A stretch of 63,772 nucleotides of DNA, counting the filler, from an uncultured Methanosarcinales archaeon (GTDB taxonomy: Archaea; Nanobdellota; Nanobdellia; Woesearchaeales; DSVV01), in the NCBI GenBank assembly GCA_964593285.1. It is 4 parts of 4 records of this genome, joined end to end, with 100 filler letters (N's around TTAATTAATTAA, not from the genome) between each part and the next. Parts side by side here need not be neighbours in the genome. Positions count along the whole stretch, not along the records: positions 1 to 21,772 come from CAZQHZ010000019.1; 3 more parts are not named here. One strand, 5' to 3'. A program made the position numbers and the translations under genes. The notes beneath the pieces are model-generated. The model was not told where the DNA came from. It ran no database searches and saw nothing but the letters and a program-made list of their open reading frames with translations. Position 1 is the stretch's first letter. Every line of letters begins with the position of its first letter. Below are positions 1-9,248 of this stretch, in pieces.

Positions 1-55
1 CCTGGTTTTTTGTCCATTTCAAGAGTACATGCATTGATTAATAAAATAACTATGA
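1..55. repeat. 55-nt exact terminal direct repeat, copy 1 (probable k=55 assembly overlap)
   Basis: Identical to 63718-63772. Confidence 0.97.
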
Positions 56-98
56 AAAGAAAAAACACACATATAAATTTTTGATGTAGTTTAACCAT
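1..98 (-). CDS. N-terminal part (signal peptide + lipobox) of the large lipoprotein whose body lies at 61533-63772
   Basis: Minus-strand ATG at 98 reads MVKLHQKFICVFFLFIVILLINA-C-TLEMDKKPG. The end MDKKPG is the start of ORF 61533..63734, and the 55-nt terminal overlap keeps the frame. Confidence 0.85.
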   Translation of the reverse strand, partial: MVKLHQKFICVFFLFIVILLINACTLEMDKKP

Positions 99-266
99 TT
101 TTTTTTAAAATTTTAAAATTAGTTAATTTAATCTATTTAAAAAGTTTATTTTTAGTTTATAAATATAAAAAATAAAAAAAAATTAGTTAATAAATTTATT
201 TCTCACTTTTAAGTAAATAAGACGTAGAAAATTTTATAAATAAATTTACTTTTTGTAAATTTTATT

Positions 267-1676
267 ATGGAAATAATAGATTATAAAGAAAAATATGAAT
301 CTATACAAAAATTTAATAGAGAAATAAAAAATTCATTTAAAAATATAAATAAATTAGTAAAAGACTCAAATAAAACCTTAGATGATGTCCTTGAAGCCAT
401 AACAAATGAAGTTAGGGTTATTGATAAATCTACTGTTCATTCTAGATTATATGAGGTATGTGAGATTTCTAATGAAATTAAAGATAAAATTATTTTTTCA
501 GGTTTAAAGCTTAGAAGTGAAGAGAAGGTTTTAAAAAGATTGTATGACTCAAGAAATAATCCACGAGATACTGATACAGGAATTTATCTTGCAATAGAAG
601 AAGATTCAGTTACAGGAGATGCATTTGAAAATAAAATGCCAATTGTTTCATTAAATAAAGAATTTTTTAATTTTAATGAATTTATTGAAGGGGTTCATTA
701 TAGCACTGAATATGATACTGGAAGATTTTATCCTTATATACAAAATAGAGCTGCATTTCCAATTATTAATAAATTTTCAAAAGAAGTAAATTATGTATTA
801 ATTATTGATAAAGAAAAAGGACTGCCCTTGCGAGAGATGGATATTGCATCAATTCAATCTTTTGTAAATCTTGCTGAGGAAGAAATTTATAATAAAAAAG
901 AAAGAATTAAACAAATCAATACAAGAGAAATACTTCATAATATAAAAGGGCCATTAGCAGTTATTGGAATGCAGCAAAAAAGAGAACTAAATTTTTATAA
1001 AAAATCGAGTGAAACTAAAAATAATGCAATAGAAATGCTTGAAAAATTACAAGATGACCCAAGATTATTATTAAATAAAAATTTTGTTTGTTCTCTAAAA
1101 GATTTAATCACTAATATATATCCTGAAAATAGATATAAGGAATTAGAAAGTTCTTTTGAAGTTTACAAAAGACTAGAAAAACCAATGAAAGAGATAGGTC
1201 TTGGTGAATATATATATAATTTTAAAAGTGTGGATATAAATGATTTAATTAAATCTAAAGTTACTGAAATATCTACATTAGAATATGATAAAAATTTAAA
1301 TATAGAATTGTATTTAGATTCAAATTCACCAAAAGTAAAAATAGATCCAGATTCATTCTTATCTCATGCACTCGAAAATATGTTTAGAAATTCAAAAGAA
1401 GCAATTAAAGATAATGAATGTAATATATACTTAGCGACAAAACAAGAAAATGATAAATTATTGTTTACATATAAAGATAATAATGGTGGAATGCCAAAAG
1501 ATATATTTGAAAAGATAATAAATCAAGATTATTGTACAACTAAAACTAATGGAACTGGCCTTGGAATTAGAAGTATTAAAAAAACTCTTGAAAATCAAAA
1601 TTGCATCGTTACAATGAATAACTATCAAGGAAGTGGTCTTGAATATGTTATAAAAATTCCTATAGATAAAGACTAA
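267..1676 (+). CDS. Soluble sensor histidine kinase (GAF-like N-terminus, HisKA, HATPase)
   Basis: H-box REILHNIKGPL, N-box ENMFRNSKEA, G1 DNNGGM, G2 TTKTNGTGLG. No transmembrane segment is evident. Confidence 0.85.
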   Translation: MEIIDYKEKYESIQKFNREIKNSFKNINKLVKDSNKTLDDVLEAITNEVRVIDKSTVHSRLYEVCEISNEIKDKIIFSGLKLRSEEKVLKRLYDSRNNPRDTDTGIYLAIEEDSVTGDAFENKMPIVSLNKEFFNFNEFIEGVHYSTEYDTGRFYPYIQNRAAFPIINKFSKEVNYVLIIDKEKGLPLREMDIASIQSFVNLAEEEIYNKKERIKQINTREILHNIKGPLAVIGMQQKRELNFYKKSSETKNNAIEMLEKLQDDPRLLLNKNFVCSLKDLITNIYPENRYKELESSFEVYKRLEKPMKEIGLGEYIYNFKSVDINDLIKSKVTEISTLEYDKNLNIELYLDSNSPKVKIDPDSFLSHALENMFRNSKEAIKDNECNIYLATKQENDKLLFTYKDNNGGMPKDIFEKIINQDYCTTKTNGTGLGIRSIKKTLENQNCIVTMNNYQGSGLEYVIKIPIDKD

Positions 1677-1739
1677 AAATAATTCTAATTAATTAAAATA
1701 AGAAAAATATAAAAACAAATAAAATATTAACTCATTAAA

Positions 1740-2930
1740 ATGGAAAATATTAAAACACTAAAAGATTTTGATTTTAAAGATAAACGAGTATTAATTAGAA
1801 CAGATTATAACGTTCCAATAGATTCAAATGGAAAAATTACTAATTCTAAAAGAATAATTGATTCAGTTAAAACAATTAAATATTTACTTAAAAATAATGT
1901 AAAACAAATAACAATTATTACACATTTTGGACGACCAAAAAATAGAGACGAAAAATTAAAAACAGATGTAATTGCAAAAAAACTAACTGAAATTTTAAAT
2001 ATTAATGTGAAAAAATTAAATTCTTGGGAAAAAAATGAAAATGAAGATAGTAAAATTGTAATGTATGAAAATTTAAGATTTAATGATTTTGAAAAACATG
2101 AAGATGAAGAAAAACGAGATGAATTTGCAAAATTATTAATTAAAGGAAATGATATTTTTGTAATGGAAGCTTTTTCTAATATGCATCGCAAGAAAGAAGC
2201 TTCAATGTCATCAATTATAAAATTTATTCCATCATGCATTGGTTTTTTAGTTGAAAGAGAAATTAGTACAATTAATAATGCACTAAATCATCCAAAAAGG
2301 CCGTATATAGCAATAATTGGAGGATTAAAAGGTGATAAAATAGATTCAATTGAAAATATTATGCAATATGCAGACAAAATTATTGTTGGTGGAACCCTTG
2401 GTTTTTTATTCAATCATGTTATGGGAATAAATATTGGAAAAACAAAAATAGATTATGAAAAAATAAATAAAGCAAAAGAATTAATTAAAAATGATTTTGA
2501 TAATAAATTAGTTATTCCAATTGACTGTGTAATTGCAGATAGTTTTTCTAATGATTCCAATTTTAGAGAAGTTAATATTGATAATATTGATGATGATTTT
2601 ATGGCTTTAGATATTGGCAGAAAAACAATTAAGTTATATTGTGATTTACTAAGTAATTCAAAAACAATAACATGGAATGGGCCTATTGGTGTTTTTGAAT
2701 TTGAAAATTTTTCAAATGGAACAAAAAAAATTTCAGAATCAATTGTAGATGCAACAAAAAATAATGCAATTACAATTATTGGTGGTGGAGATAGTGCTGC
2801 TGCAATTGAATTATTTAATTATCAAGATAAAGTTAGTTTTGTTTCAAGTGGTGGTGGTGCATCACTAATGATGTTTGAGCGAAAAGAATTACCCATATTA
2901 AAATTGTTAAAAAAATATTCAAATAATTAA
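1740..2930 (+). CDS. pgk: Phosphoglycerate kinase
   Basis: RVLIRTDYNVP, THFGRP, ENLRF, LDIG, WNGPIGVFE, GGGDS, VSSGGGASL. Confidence 0.97.
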   Translation: MENIKTLKDFDFKDKRVLIRTDYNVPIDSNGKITNSKRIIDSVKTIKYLLKNNVKQITIITHFGRPKNRDEKLKTDVIAKKLTEILNINVKKLNSWEKNENEDSKIVMYENLRFNDFEKHEDEEKRDEFAKLLIKGNDIFVMEAFSNMHRKKEASMSSIIKFIPSCIGFLVEREISTINNALNHPKRPYIAIIGGLKGDKIDSIENIMQYADKIIVGGTLGFLFNHVMGINIGKTKIDYEKINKAKELIKNDFDNKLVIPIDCVIADSFSNDSNFREVNIDNIDDDFMALDIGRKTIKLYCDLLSNSKTITWNGPIGVFEFENFSNGTKKISESIVDATKNNAITIIGGGDSAAAIELFNYQDKVSFVSSGGGASLMMFERKELPILKLLKKYSNN

Positions 2931-2932
2931 AT

Positions 2933-4858
2933 TTATTTTAATTCATTTACTGCAATTATTTCAGGCATTTCTCTAATTTTTGAAATAGTTTCTTTAATTT
3001 TAGAATTAGAACTAGTTTCAATTTTTAATGTAATTAATGCATGTTCTTTATTTGTATCAGATAAAATATGAGTAATATTTACATCTAAATTTGAAATGAG
3101 TTTTAAAATATCTACAAGCAAACCAACTCTATCATTTACACTTATTTTTAATGTTGTGTATTTTTTTTTAGATATATTTTTCCATTTTAATTTTATATTT
3201 TTTGGATTTTTTACTGCATGAATATTTGGACAATCTTTTTTATGTACTGTAATTTTTTTATCTTTTGTTAATAAACCTAAAATATCATCATTTAATTTTG
3301 GAGAACAACATTTTGAAAGTTTTAGTGGATAATTTATTTTTTTATCTAAAATTTCTAAATTCTCAAGAATTTTACTATCTGATAATTCTTCATTTACTGA
3401 TTGTTTTTTTAAATCTATTGGATCAATTTTTAATTTACTTCGAATTTTACTTCTAGCCTTACTAGTTTTAATAAAAGTTAACCAATTTCTTGAAGGTTTT
3501 GCATCTTTTGTTGTAATTATTTCTACAACATCACCTGGCATTAATTTTGTATCAAGCGTCATTAATTTTGTGTTAACTAAAGCTTTTGAACATTTATCGC
3601 CTAAATTTGAATGAACTTGATATGCAAAATCTATAGGTGTTGAATTTTCAGGTAAAATTATTGGATCGCCCCTAGGAGTAAAAACAACAATTTCCTTATC
3701 AAATAAATCAAACTTTAAATCTTCAATAAATTCATTTGCATCAACTGATGATTGTTTCCATTCAAGTAATTGTTTTAACCATGATATTTTTTTATCAAAT
3801 CTTTTATCACTCTGGCTTCCTTGATATTTCCAATGAGCAGCAATCCCATCTTCAGCAATTTTATGCATATCTTCTGTTCTAATTTGAATTTCTAAAATTT
3901 TACCATGACTTCCAACAACAGCAGTATGCAATGACTGATAACCATTAGCTTTTGGTGTTGCAATATAATCTTTAAATCTTTTTGGAAAAGGCCTCCACAA
4001 TTCGTGTATTGCACCAAGTGCACTATAACATTCTGGAATTGTTTTAGTAATAATTCTAATTCCAATTAAATCATATATTTCATTAAAATCAACTTTCTTT
4101 TTAATCATTTTTTTGTAAATACTATAAAAATATTTAGCTCTACCATATACTTGTGCATTAATATTTAATTTCTTTAAAGCAGATTTAATTGTTTTAATCA
4201 TCTCTTTTGTTGATTTTTCACGCTCATTTCTTTTTTCATTAATTTTTGCTCGCAAAAATGCATAAGTTTCAGGTTCTAAATACCGCAAAGATAAATCTTC
4301 AAGTTCGCCTTTTATATGCCACATCCCTAATTTATGAGCAATCGGTGCAAATATATCTTTAGTTTCAGTTGCAATTCTTTTTTGTTTTTCTTCTCTAAGG
4401 GTATTTAAAGTTCTCATATTATGCAATCTATCAGCTAATTTTATTAAAATAATCCTTATATCTTTTGTTGTTGCAAGAAGCATTTTTCTAATATTTTCAG
4501 CTTTATATTCATTTAATGAACCAAAATTAATTTTATCAATTTTAGTCATTCCCTCAACAAGCATTGCAATTTCTTTGTTAAAATCTTTTTCAATATCTTT
4601 TAGAGTTACATTAGTATCTTCGACAACATCATGAAGCAGTGCTGCACAAATTGTGGTTGAACCAGATTTTACATCAGTTAAAATCATTGCTGTTTCAAAA
4701 GCATGCAAGAAAAATGGTTCGCCTGAAACTCTAGTTTGTCCTTCATGAAATTTTTTTGCATAATTATATGATTTTTCAATTATATCTAATTTGGCATTTG
4801 GATTATAAGAAATAATTTTGTTCTTTAAAATATTAAATGAAAATTCGTTTTTTTTCAT
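2933..4858 (-). CDS. rel: Long bifunctional (p)ppGpp synthetase/hydrolase (HD-SYNTH-TGS-ZFD-ACT)
   Basis: AALLHDVVED, KLADRLHNMRT, RFKDYIATPKANGYQSLH, EIQIRT, GIAAHWKY, VFTPRGD (TGS), KCC..H..C (ZFD), DRVGLL (ACT). Confidence 0.95.
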   Translation of the reverse strand: MKKNEFSFNILKNKIISYNPNAKLDIIEKSYNYAKKFHEGQTRVSGEPFFLHAFETAMILTDVKSGSTTICAALLHDVVEDTNVTLKDIEKDFNKEIAMLVEGMTKIDKINFGSLNEYKAENIRKMLLATTKDIRIILIKLADRLHNMRTLNTLREEKQKRIATETKDIFAPIAHKLGMWHIKGELEDLSLRYLEPETYAFLRAKINEKRNEREKSTKEMIKTIKSALKKLNINAQVYGRAKYFYSIYKKMIKKKVDFNEIYDLIGIRIITKTIPECYSALGAIHELWRPFPKRFKDYIATPKANGYQSLHTAVVGSHGKILEIQIRTEDMHKIAEDGIAAHWKYQGSQSDKRFDKKISWLKQLLEWKQSSVDANEFIEDLKFDLFDKEIVVFTPRGDPIILPENSTPIDFAYQVHSNLGDKCSKALVNTKLMTLDTKLMPGDVVEIITTKDAKPSRNWLTFIKTSKARSKIRSKLKIDPIDLKKQSVNEELSDSKILENLEILDKKINYPLKLSKCCSPKLNDDILGLLTKDKKITVHKKDCPNIHAVKNPKNIKLKWKNISKKKYTTLKISVNDRVGLLVDILKLISNLDVNITHILSDTNKEHALITLKIETSSNSKIKETISKIREMPEIIAVNELK

Positions 4859-4980
4859 TAGATTATGTAAATAGAGGTTATTTTTAAACTTTTGTTTTAA
4901 AAAAGCGTATATATTTTAAAAAAATATATAAATATTAAATAATATACATTAAATACTTAAGTCTAAAAATTAGATTTTTA

Positions 4981-5190
4981 GTGGGGTGAAATAAATGAAT
5001 GAAGCAGATTTAATTGCAATGATTATGGGAATGTCNNNNNNNNNNNNNNNNNNNNNNNNNNNNNNNNNNNNNNNNNNNNNNNNNNNNNNNNNNNNNNNNN
5101 NNNNNNNNNNNNNNNNNNNNNNNNNNNNNNNNNNNGTGGGGTGAAATAAATGAATGAAGCAGATTTAATTGCAATGATTATGGGAATGTC
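4981..5190. other. Scaffold gap (100 N, 5036-5135) flanked by an exact 55-nt duplication; assembly artefact
   Basis: 4981-5035 equals 5136-5190. This is the same length as the terminal overlap. Confidence 0.9.
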
Positions 5191-5554
5191 TGTATTTTTT
5201 GGTATTTTTGGAATTGCTATATATGTTTATATGTCTCTTGCTTTTATGGCAATTGGTAAAAAAACAAATTATAAAACACCAGCTCTTGCATGGATTCCTC
5301 TTGTGGGTCCATCATTAATTGCATCAAGTGCTGCAAAAATGCATTGGTGGCCAATCTTATTACTTTTAGGTATGATTATTCCTTTTTTAGGTGGTTTAAT
5401 GGTTTTGGCATTTTGGGTTTTTTTCATAATATGGATGTGGAAAACTTTTGAAGCTGTTGGAAAACCTGGCTGGTGGTCAATATTTCAAATAATACCAATT
5501 TTAAATATAGTATGGTTTATATTTTTAGGTATTGCTGCTTGGTCTGAAAAATAA
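5150..5554 (+). CDS. Small multi-pass membrane protein (DUF5684-like)
   Basis: SD GGGGTGA upstream. Repeated AWIP / GKPGWW..IP motifs in a hydrophobic sequence. Confidence 0.7.
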   Translation: MNEADLIAMIMGMSVFFGIFGIAIYVYMSLAFMAIGKKTNYKTPALAWIPLVGPSLIASSAAKMHWWPILLLLGMIIPFLGGLMVLAFWVFFIIWMWKTFEAVGKPGWWSIFQIIPILNIVWFIFLGIAAWSEK

Positions 5555-5559
5555 TTTTT

Positions 5560-6147
5560 TTATTTTTTATTTTTTCCAAACAAAAACACTTTTTTTAAAT
5601 GTTTATTTGCCTTTTCTTTAGATAAATTAGTCATAGAACCAAATAGAGTAGTTTTTACTTTATTAAACCCACAAAATTTTAATAATCCATTTTTAATCAT
5701 TTTAACTGAAATATTTCCAAAAATCTTATAATAAAACCAAGGGCCGCCACTAGTTACAATTAATCTTGCAGTTTTACCTTTTAGAAAACCTCTTGGAATG
5801 CCATTTATGTATTTAAATGCAAATCCTGGTAAAAATACTCTATCAATAAAACCTTTAAATAAAGCAGGAACACTATGCCACCATATAGGATAGATAATTA
5901 CAACATGTTCTGCCCATTTTATTAATTTTTGAGCATTTACTAAATCTTTTTCAAGTGGCTGTATTTCACTATATCCCTTCCATAAAATTGGATCAAATTT
6001 TAATTTTGAAACAGAAATTGTTTTAACTGTTGCATTTGCTTTTTTTGCACCATTTATATATTTTTTAAATAATTCACCACAAAAAGAGTCAATATTTGGA
6101 TGACCTAGTATTACCAATATTTTTTTATTATAATTATTTTCATTCAT
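5560..6147 (-). CDS. NAD(P)H dehydrogenase (quinone), flavodoxin-2 fold
   Basis: ILGHPNIDSF, YPIWWHSVPALFKGFIDRVFLPGFAF, LKGKTARLIVTSGG. Confidence 0.9.
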   Translation of the reverse strand: MNENNYNKKILVILGHPNIDSFCGELFKKYINGAKKANATVKTISVSKLKFDPILWKGYSEIQPLEKDLVNAQKLIKWAEHVVIIYPIWWHSVPALFKGFIDRVFLPGFAFKYINGIPRGFLKGKTARLIVTSGGPWFYYKIFGNISVKMIKNGLLKFCGFNKVKTTLFGSMTNLSKEKANKHLKKVFLFGKNKK

Positions 6148-6237
6148 TTTATTTAGTAAAATTTTTTAAAATAAAAAGATTGTTATAAAAATTAGAATAT
6201 TTATAATAATTAAAAATTTAATTTAATAATAAGGATA

Positions 6238-7440
6238 TTATTTATATTTGATTTCTTCAATTACTTTTTTATTATGTGTAGATATTATATGAAAATATCT
6301 GTCTTGAGGAATATGAATATATGGCACATCTTCTTCATTTCTAAACATAAAACAAGATAAAATTGCTCTATTTACAGCTTGATGGCCTATTATTAAAATA
6401 TCATTTCCACCATCTGACAAATATATTGCTTTTCTTAAACCTAAATATACTCTTTTTTTAAGATCTTTATAACTTTCACCATTAATATATTGATAATTAT
6501 ATTTATCTTTTGTTCTAGATTTATATTCATTATAATAATTCTTTTTTATATCATTATATGTCATTGAATCAAATATCCCACAATTTATTTCATTAAATTC
6601 AGATAATTTAATTATTTTTATATCCTTTTTATTTTGAAAAAATTCTGCAAAATTAATGCTTCGTTTTTTAGTACTTGTAAATATATATTTTATTTTTTTA
6701 TTTTTAAGATTATTATATAATTCTAATGCTTGCTCTTTTCCTTTTTTTGTTAATGATGAATTTCCTCCAATTTTTCCTTTTTGATTAAATAAAGTTTCAC
6801 CATGTCTTGCAAGAAAAAGATTGGTAATATTATCTGATGTTAAAATATCTCTTATTCTTGAATAAAAATAAAAATGATCTGTTATTTTTTCATTAATTAT
6901 TTTATTTGAAAATGAATCAATCTTAATCATATTATTTTCATCTAATCTTTCAAAAGACTTTTCATAAAAAGAAATTCTTTTTTTAAAACTATTAATTGCA
7001 TCTTTTTGATCCATACTTTTAAAATCAGATATTTTAGATTTATTAATTATTGAAAGTTTTAATATTTTAAAATTATTATTTACACATTCAATGAATAACG
7101 TGTTATGTTTTATTTTTTTTTTAATTAGTTCTCGTCTTTTAATTGTGGAATTTGTAGCATCAAGTATTGCTATATTGCCTTTTTTATTTAAAAATGATGA
7201 TGCAGAATTAATATTTTCTTGTGCAATTAATTCTCTAATATTTTTTCCTTTTTCATTATTATTATCAAAAAAATCAGGTGATGCACCATTATTTAATCGA
7301 TTTCTTCTAACTTCACCATTATTAAAAATTTTAACATTTAATCCATAACTAATTAAACTATTTTTAATTTTGTTTGCAATTATAGATTTACCTCGAGCAG
7401 GAAGTCCAACCATAACTATGCATATTTTTTCAGTTTTCAT
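6238..7440 (-). CDS. Bifunctional 6-phosphofructo-2-kinase/fructose-2,6-bisphosphatase homologue (PFKFB-like)
   Basis: Kinase half: MVGLPARGKS, FNNGEVRR, DATNST..RR, FIEC, F..RI..YE. Phosphatase half: RHGE, GKIGG, NEI..G, GESY.DL, HQAV.R. Confidence 0.88.
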   Translation of the reverse strand: MKTEKICIVMVGLPARGKSIIANKIKNSLISYGLNVKIFNNGEVRRNRLNNGASPDFFDNNNEKGKNIRELIAQENINSASSFLNKKGNIAILDATNSTIKRRELIKKKIKHNTLFIECVNNNFKILKLSIINKSKISDFKSMDQKDAINSFKKRISFYEKSFERLDENNMIKIDSFSNKIINEKITDHFYFYSRIRDILTSDNITNLFLARHGETLFNQKGKIGGNSSLTKKGKEQALELYNNLKNKKIKYIFTSTKKRSINFAEFFQNKKDIKIIKLSEFNEINCGIFDSMTYNDIKKNYYNEYKSRTKDKYNYQYINGESYKDLKKRVYLGLRKAIYLSDGGNDILIIGHQAVNRAILSCFMFRNEEDVPYIHIPQDRYFHIISTHNKKVIEEIKYK

Positions 7441-7529
7441 TTTTTGTTTAATTTATAGAATAATAATATATAAAAAAATTAATTATTTAATAAATTTTAG
7501 GTATAAAGCATATTTAAATGTAGCATAAA

Positions 7530-9233
7530 TTATATTACATCTTTTCTAGTATATGTGGTATGTAATAATTTATGTGCTTTCTTGCCACCATATTCGCCCA
7601 AATATTCTTTATATAATTTTATTACAGATGGATTTTTATGTGATAAACGTATATTTTTTCTTGAATCTAAATCATTTAATAATTTTATACGTTTTTCAAT
7701 TTTCTTTTTATTAGTATGTGGCTGTCCACCACCACCAATACACCCACCATAACATGCCATAACTTCAATAAAATCATATGTGCAAGTATTATTTTTAATC
7801 TGCTCCATTATTTTTCTTGCTTCACCTAAAGTGTGAACAACACAAACATTTAATGTTTTTTTACCAAAATTTATTTTTGCCTCCTTTAGAGTTTTCATAC
7901 CATGAATTTTATTAAAGTTTATTTTTTTAAAATCTTTAACACCAAGCCAATCTGCAGCTGTTCTAAGAGCAGCTTCCATAACACCACCGCTTCTTCCAAA
8001 AATAGCAGCAGCACCACTGCTTTCACCTAAAGGATTGTCAAATTCACTATCTTCTAAATTTTCAAAATCAACATCCAATTGCTTTAATAATTTTGCAAGT
8101 TCTATAGTTGTTAAAACATAATCTGCTTCACCAAAAAATTCAGGTCTTAAGATTTCATATTTTTTTGCAGTGCATGGCATAATATCTACCAAAATAATAT
8201 CTTTTGGATTTATTTTCATTTTTTTTGCAAAATAAGTTTTTGTAAGAGATGCTAGTATTGCTTGTGGACTTCTGCATGAAGACATATGATTTAATTGATC
8301 GTAAAAAAATTGTTCACCAAATTTAATCCATGCAGGACAGCATGTTGTAATCATTGGCATATTTTCATTCTTTTTGAATCGTTTAATAAATTCAGTTGCT
8401 TCTTCAACAATTGTAATATCAGCTGCAAAATCTGTATTAAAGACTTTGTTAAATCCAATTTCTTTTAATGCAGTCACCATTTTTCCAGTAACCGTTCTTT
8501 TTGTTAAATTAAAACACTCACCTAGTGTTGCTCTAATTGAAGGTGCGGTTTGTACAATTAAATATTTATCAGAATTTAATGCATCAATTACATGCGAAAT
8601 ATCAGATTTTTGAGTTAATGCACCAGTTGGGCATGAAATTACACATTGACCACAATTAACACAGCTACTTTGATCCATGTTTTTTTCAAAAGGTGGTTTT
8701 ACAACTGTTTTAAAACCTCGGTTTTGAAGTCCTATTGCATAAACAGTTTGTATCTCATTACAAACTCTAATGCATCGTTCACATAAAATACATTTATTAT
8801 TATCTCTCCTAATAGAAACACTAGAATTGTCAACATCTTCATGTCTTTTTTCTCCAAAATATCGTAAATCTTTTATCATAAATTCTTCTGCATACATTTG
8901 TAATTTACAATCTCTATTTCGCTCACATGTAACACAGTTTAAATCATGATTTGCAAATAATAATTCTAAATTAATTCGTCTAGCTTCTAAAACTTTTGGT
9001 GAATGTGTATTTACAATAATTCCCTCGCGCACAGGAGTACAGCATGATGCAAATAATTTATTTGAATTATTAATTTCAACAACGCATAATCTACAAGCAC
9101 CAATTCGCTCAAGTCTTTCATCTAAACATAAATGAGGAATATGAATTTTATTTTTTTTTGCAACATCTAAAATCATTTCTCCATCTTTTGCAATGATTTC
9201 TTTTCCATTAATTGTTAATTTTATTTTTTTCAT
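7530..9233 (-). CDS. hydA: [FeFe]-hydrogenase catalytic subunit, group A (2Fe-2S, His-ligated 4Fe-4S, 2x4Fe-4S, H-cluster)
   Basis: L1 TTCCPAW, L2 MPCTAKKYE, L3 EVMACYGGCIGGGGQP. Also GACRLC, HDLNCVTC, CILCERC, CVNCGQC and C-terminal LLHT.Y. Confidence 0.95.
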   Translation of the reverse strand: MKKIKLTINGKEIIAKDGEMILDVAKKNKIHIPHLCLDERLERIGACRLCVVEINNSNKLFASCCTPVREGIIVNTHSPKVLEARRINLELLFANHDLNCVTCERNRDCKLQMYAEEFMIKDLRYFGEKRHEDVDNSSVSIRRDNNKCILCERCIRVCNEIQTVYAIGLQNRGFKTVVKPPFEKNMDQSSCVNCGQCVISCPTGALTQKSDISHVIDALNSDKYLIVQTAPSIRATLGECFNLTKRTVTGKMVTALKEIGFNKVFNTDFAADITIVEEATEFIKRFKKNENMPMITTCCPAWIKFGEQFFYDQLNHMSSCRSPQAILASLTKTYFAKKMKINPKDIILVDIMPCTAKKYEILRPEFFGEADYVLTTIELAKLLKQLDVDFENLEDSEFDNPLGESSGAAAIFGRSGGVMEAALRTAADWLGVKDFKKINFNKIHGMKTLKEAKINFGKKTLNVCVVHTLGEARKIMEQIKNNTCTYDFIEVMACYGGCIGGGGQPHTNKKKIEKRIKLLNDLDSRKNIRLSHKNPSVIKLYKEYLGEYGGKKAHKLLHTTYTRKDVI

Positions 9234-9248
9234 TTTAAAACCTAAAAA

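Noticed and set aside
4981..5190. Apparent tandem duplication of a gene start
   Set aside because: Exact 55-nt copy on either side of a 100-N gap, i.e. an unmerged k-mer overlap.
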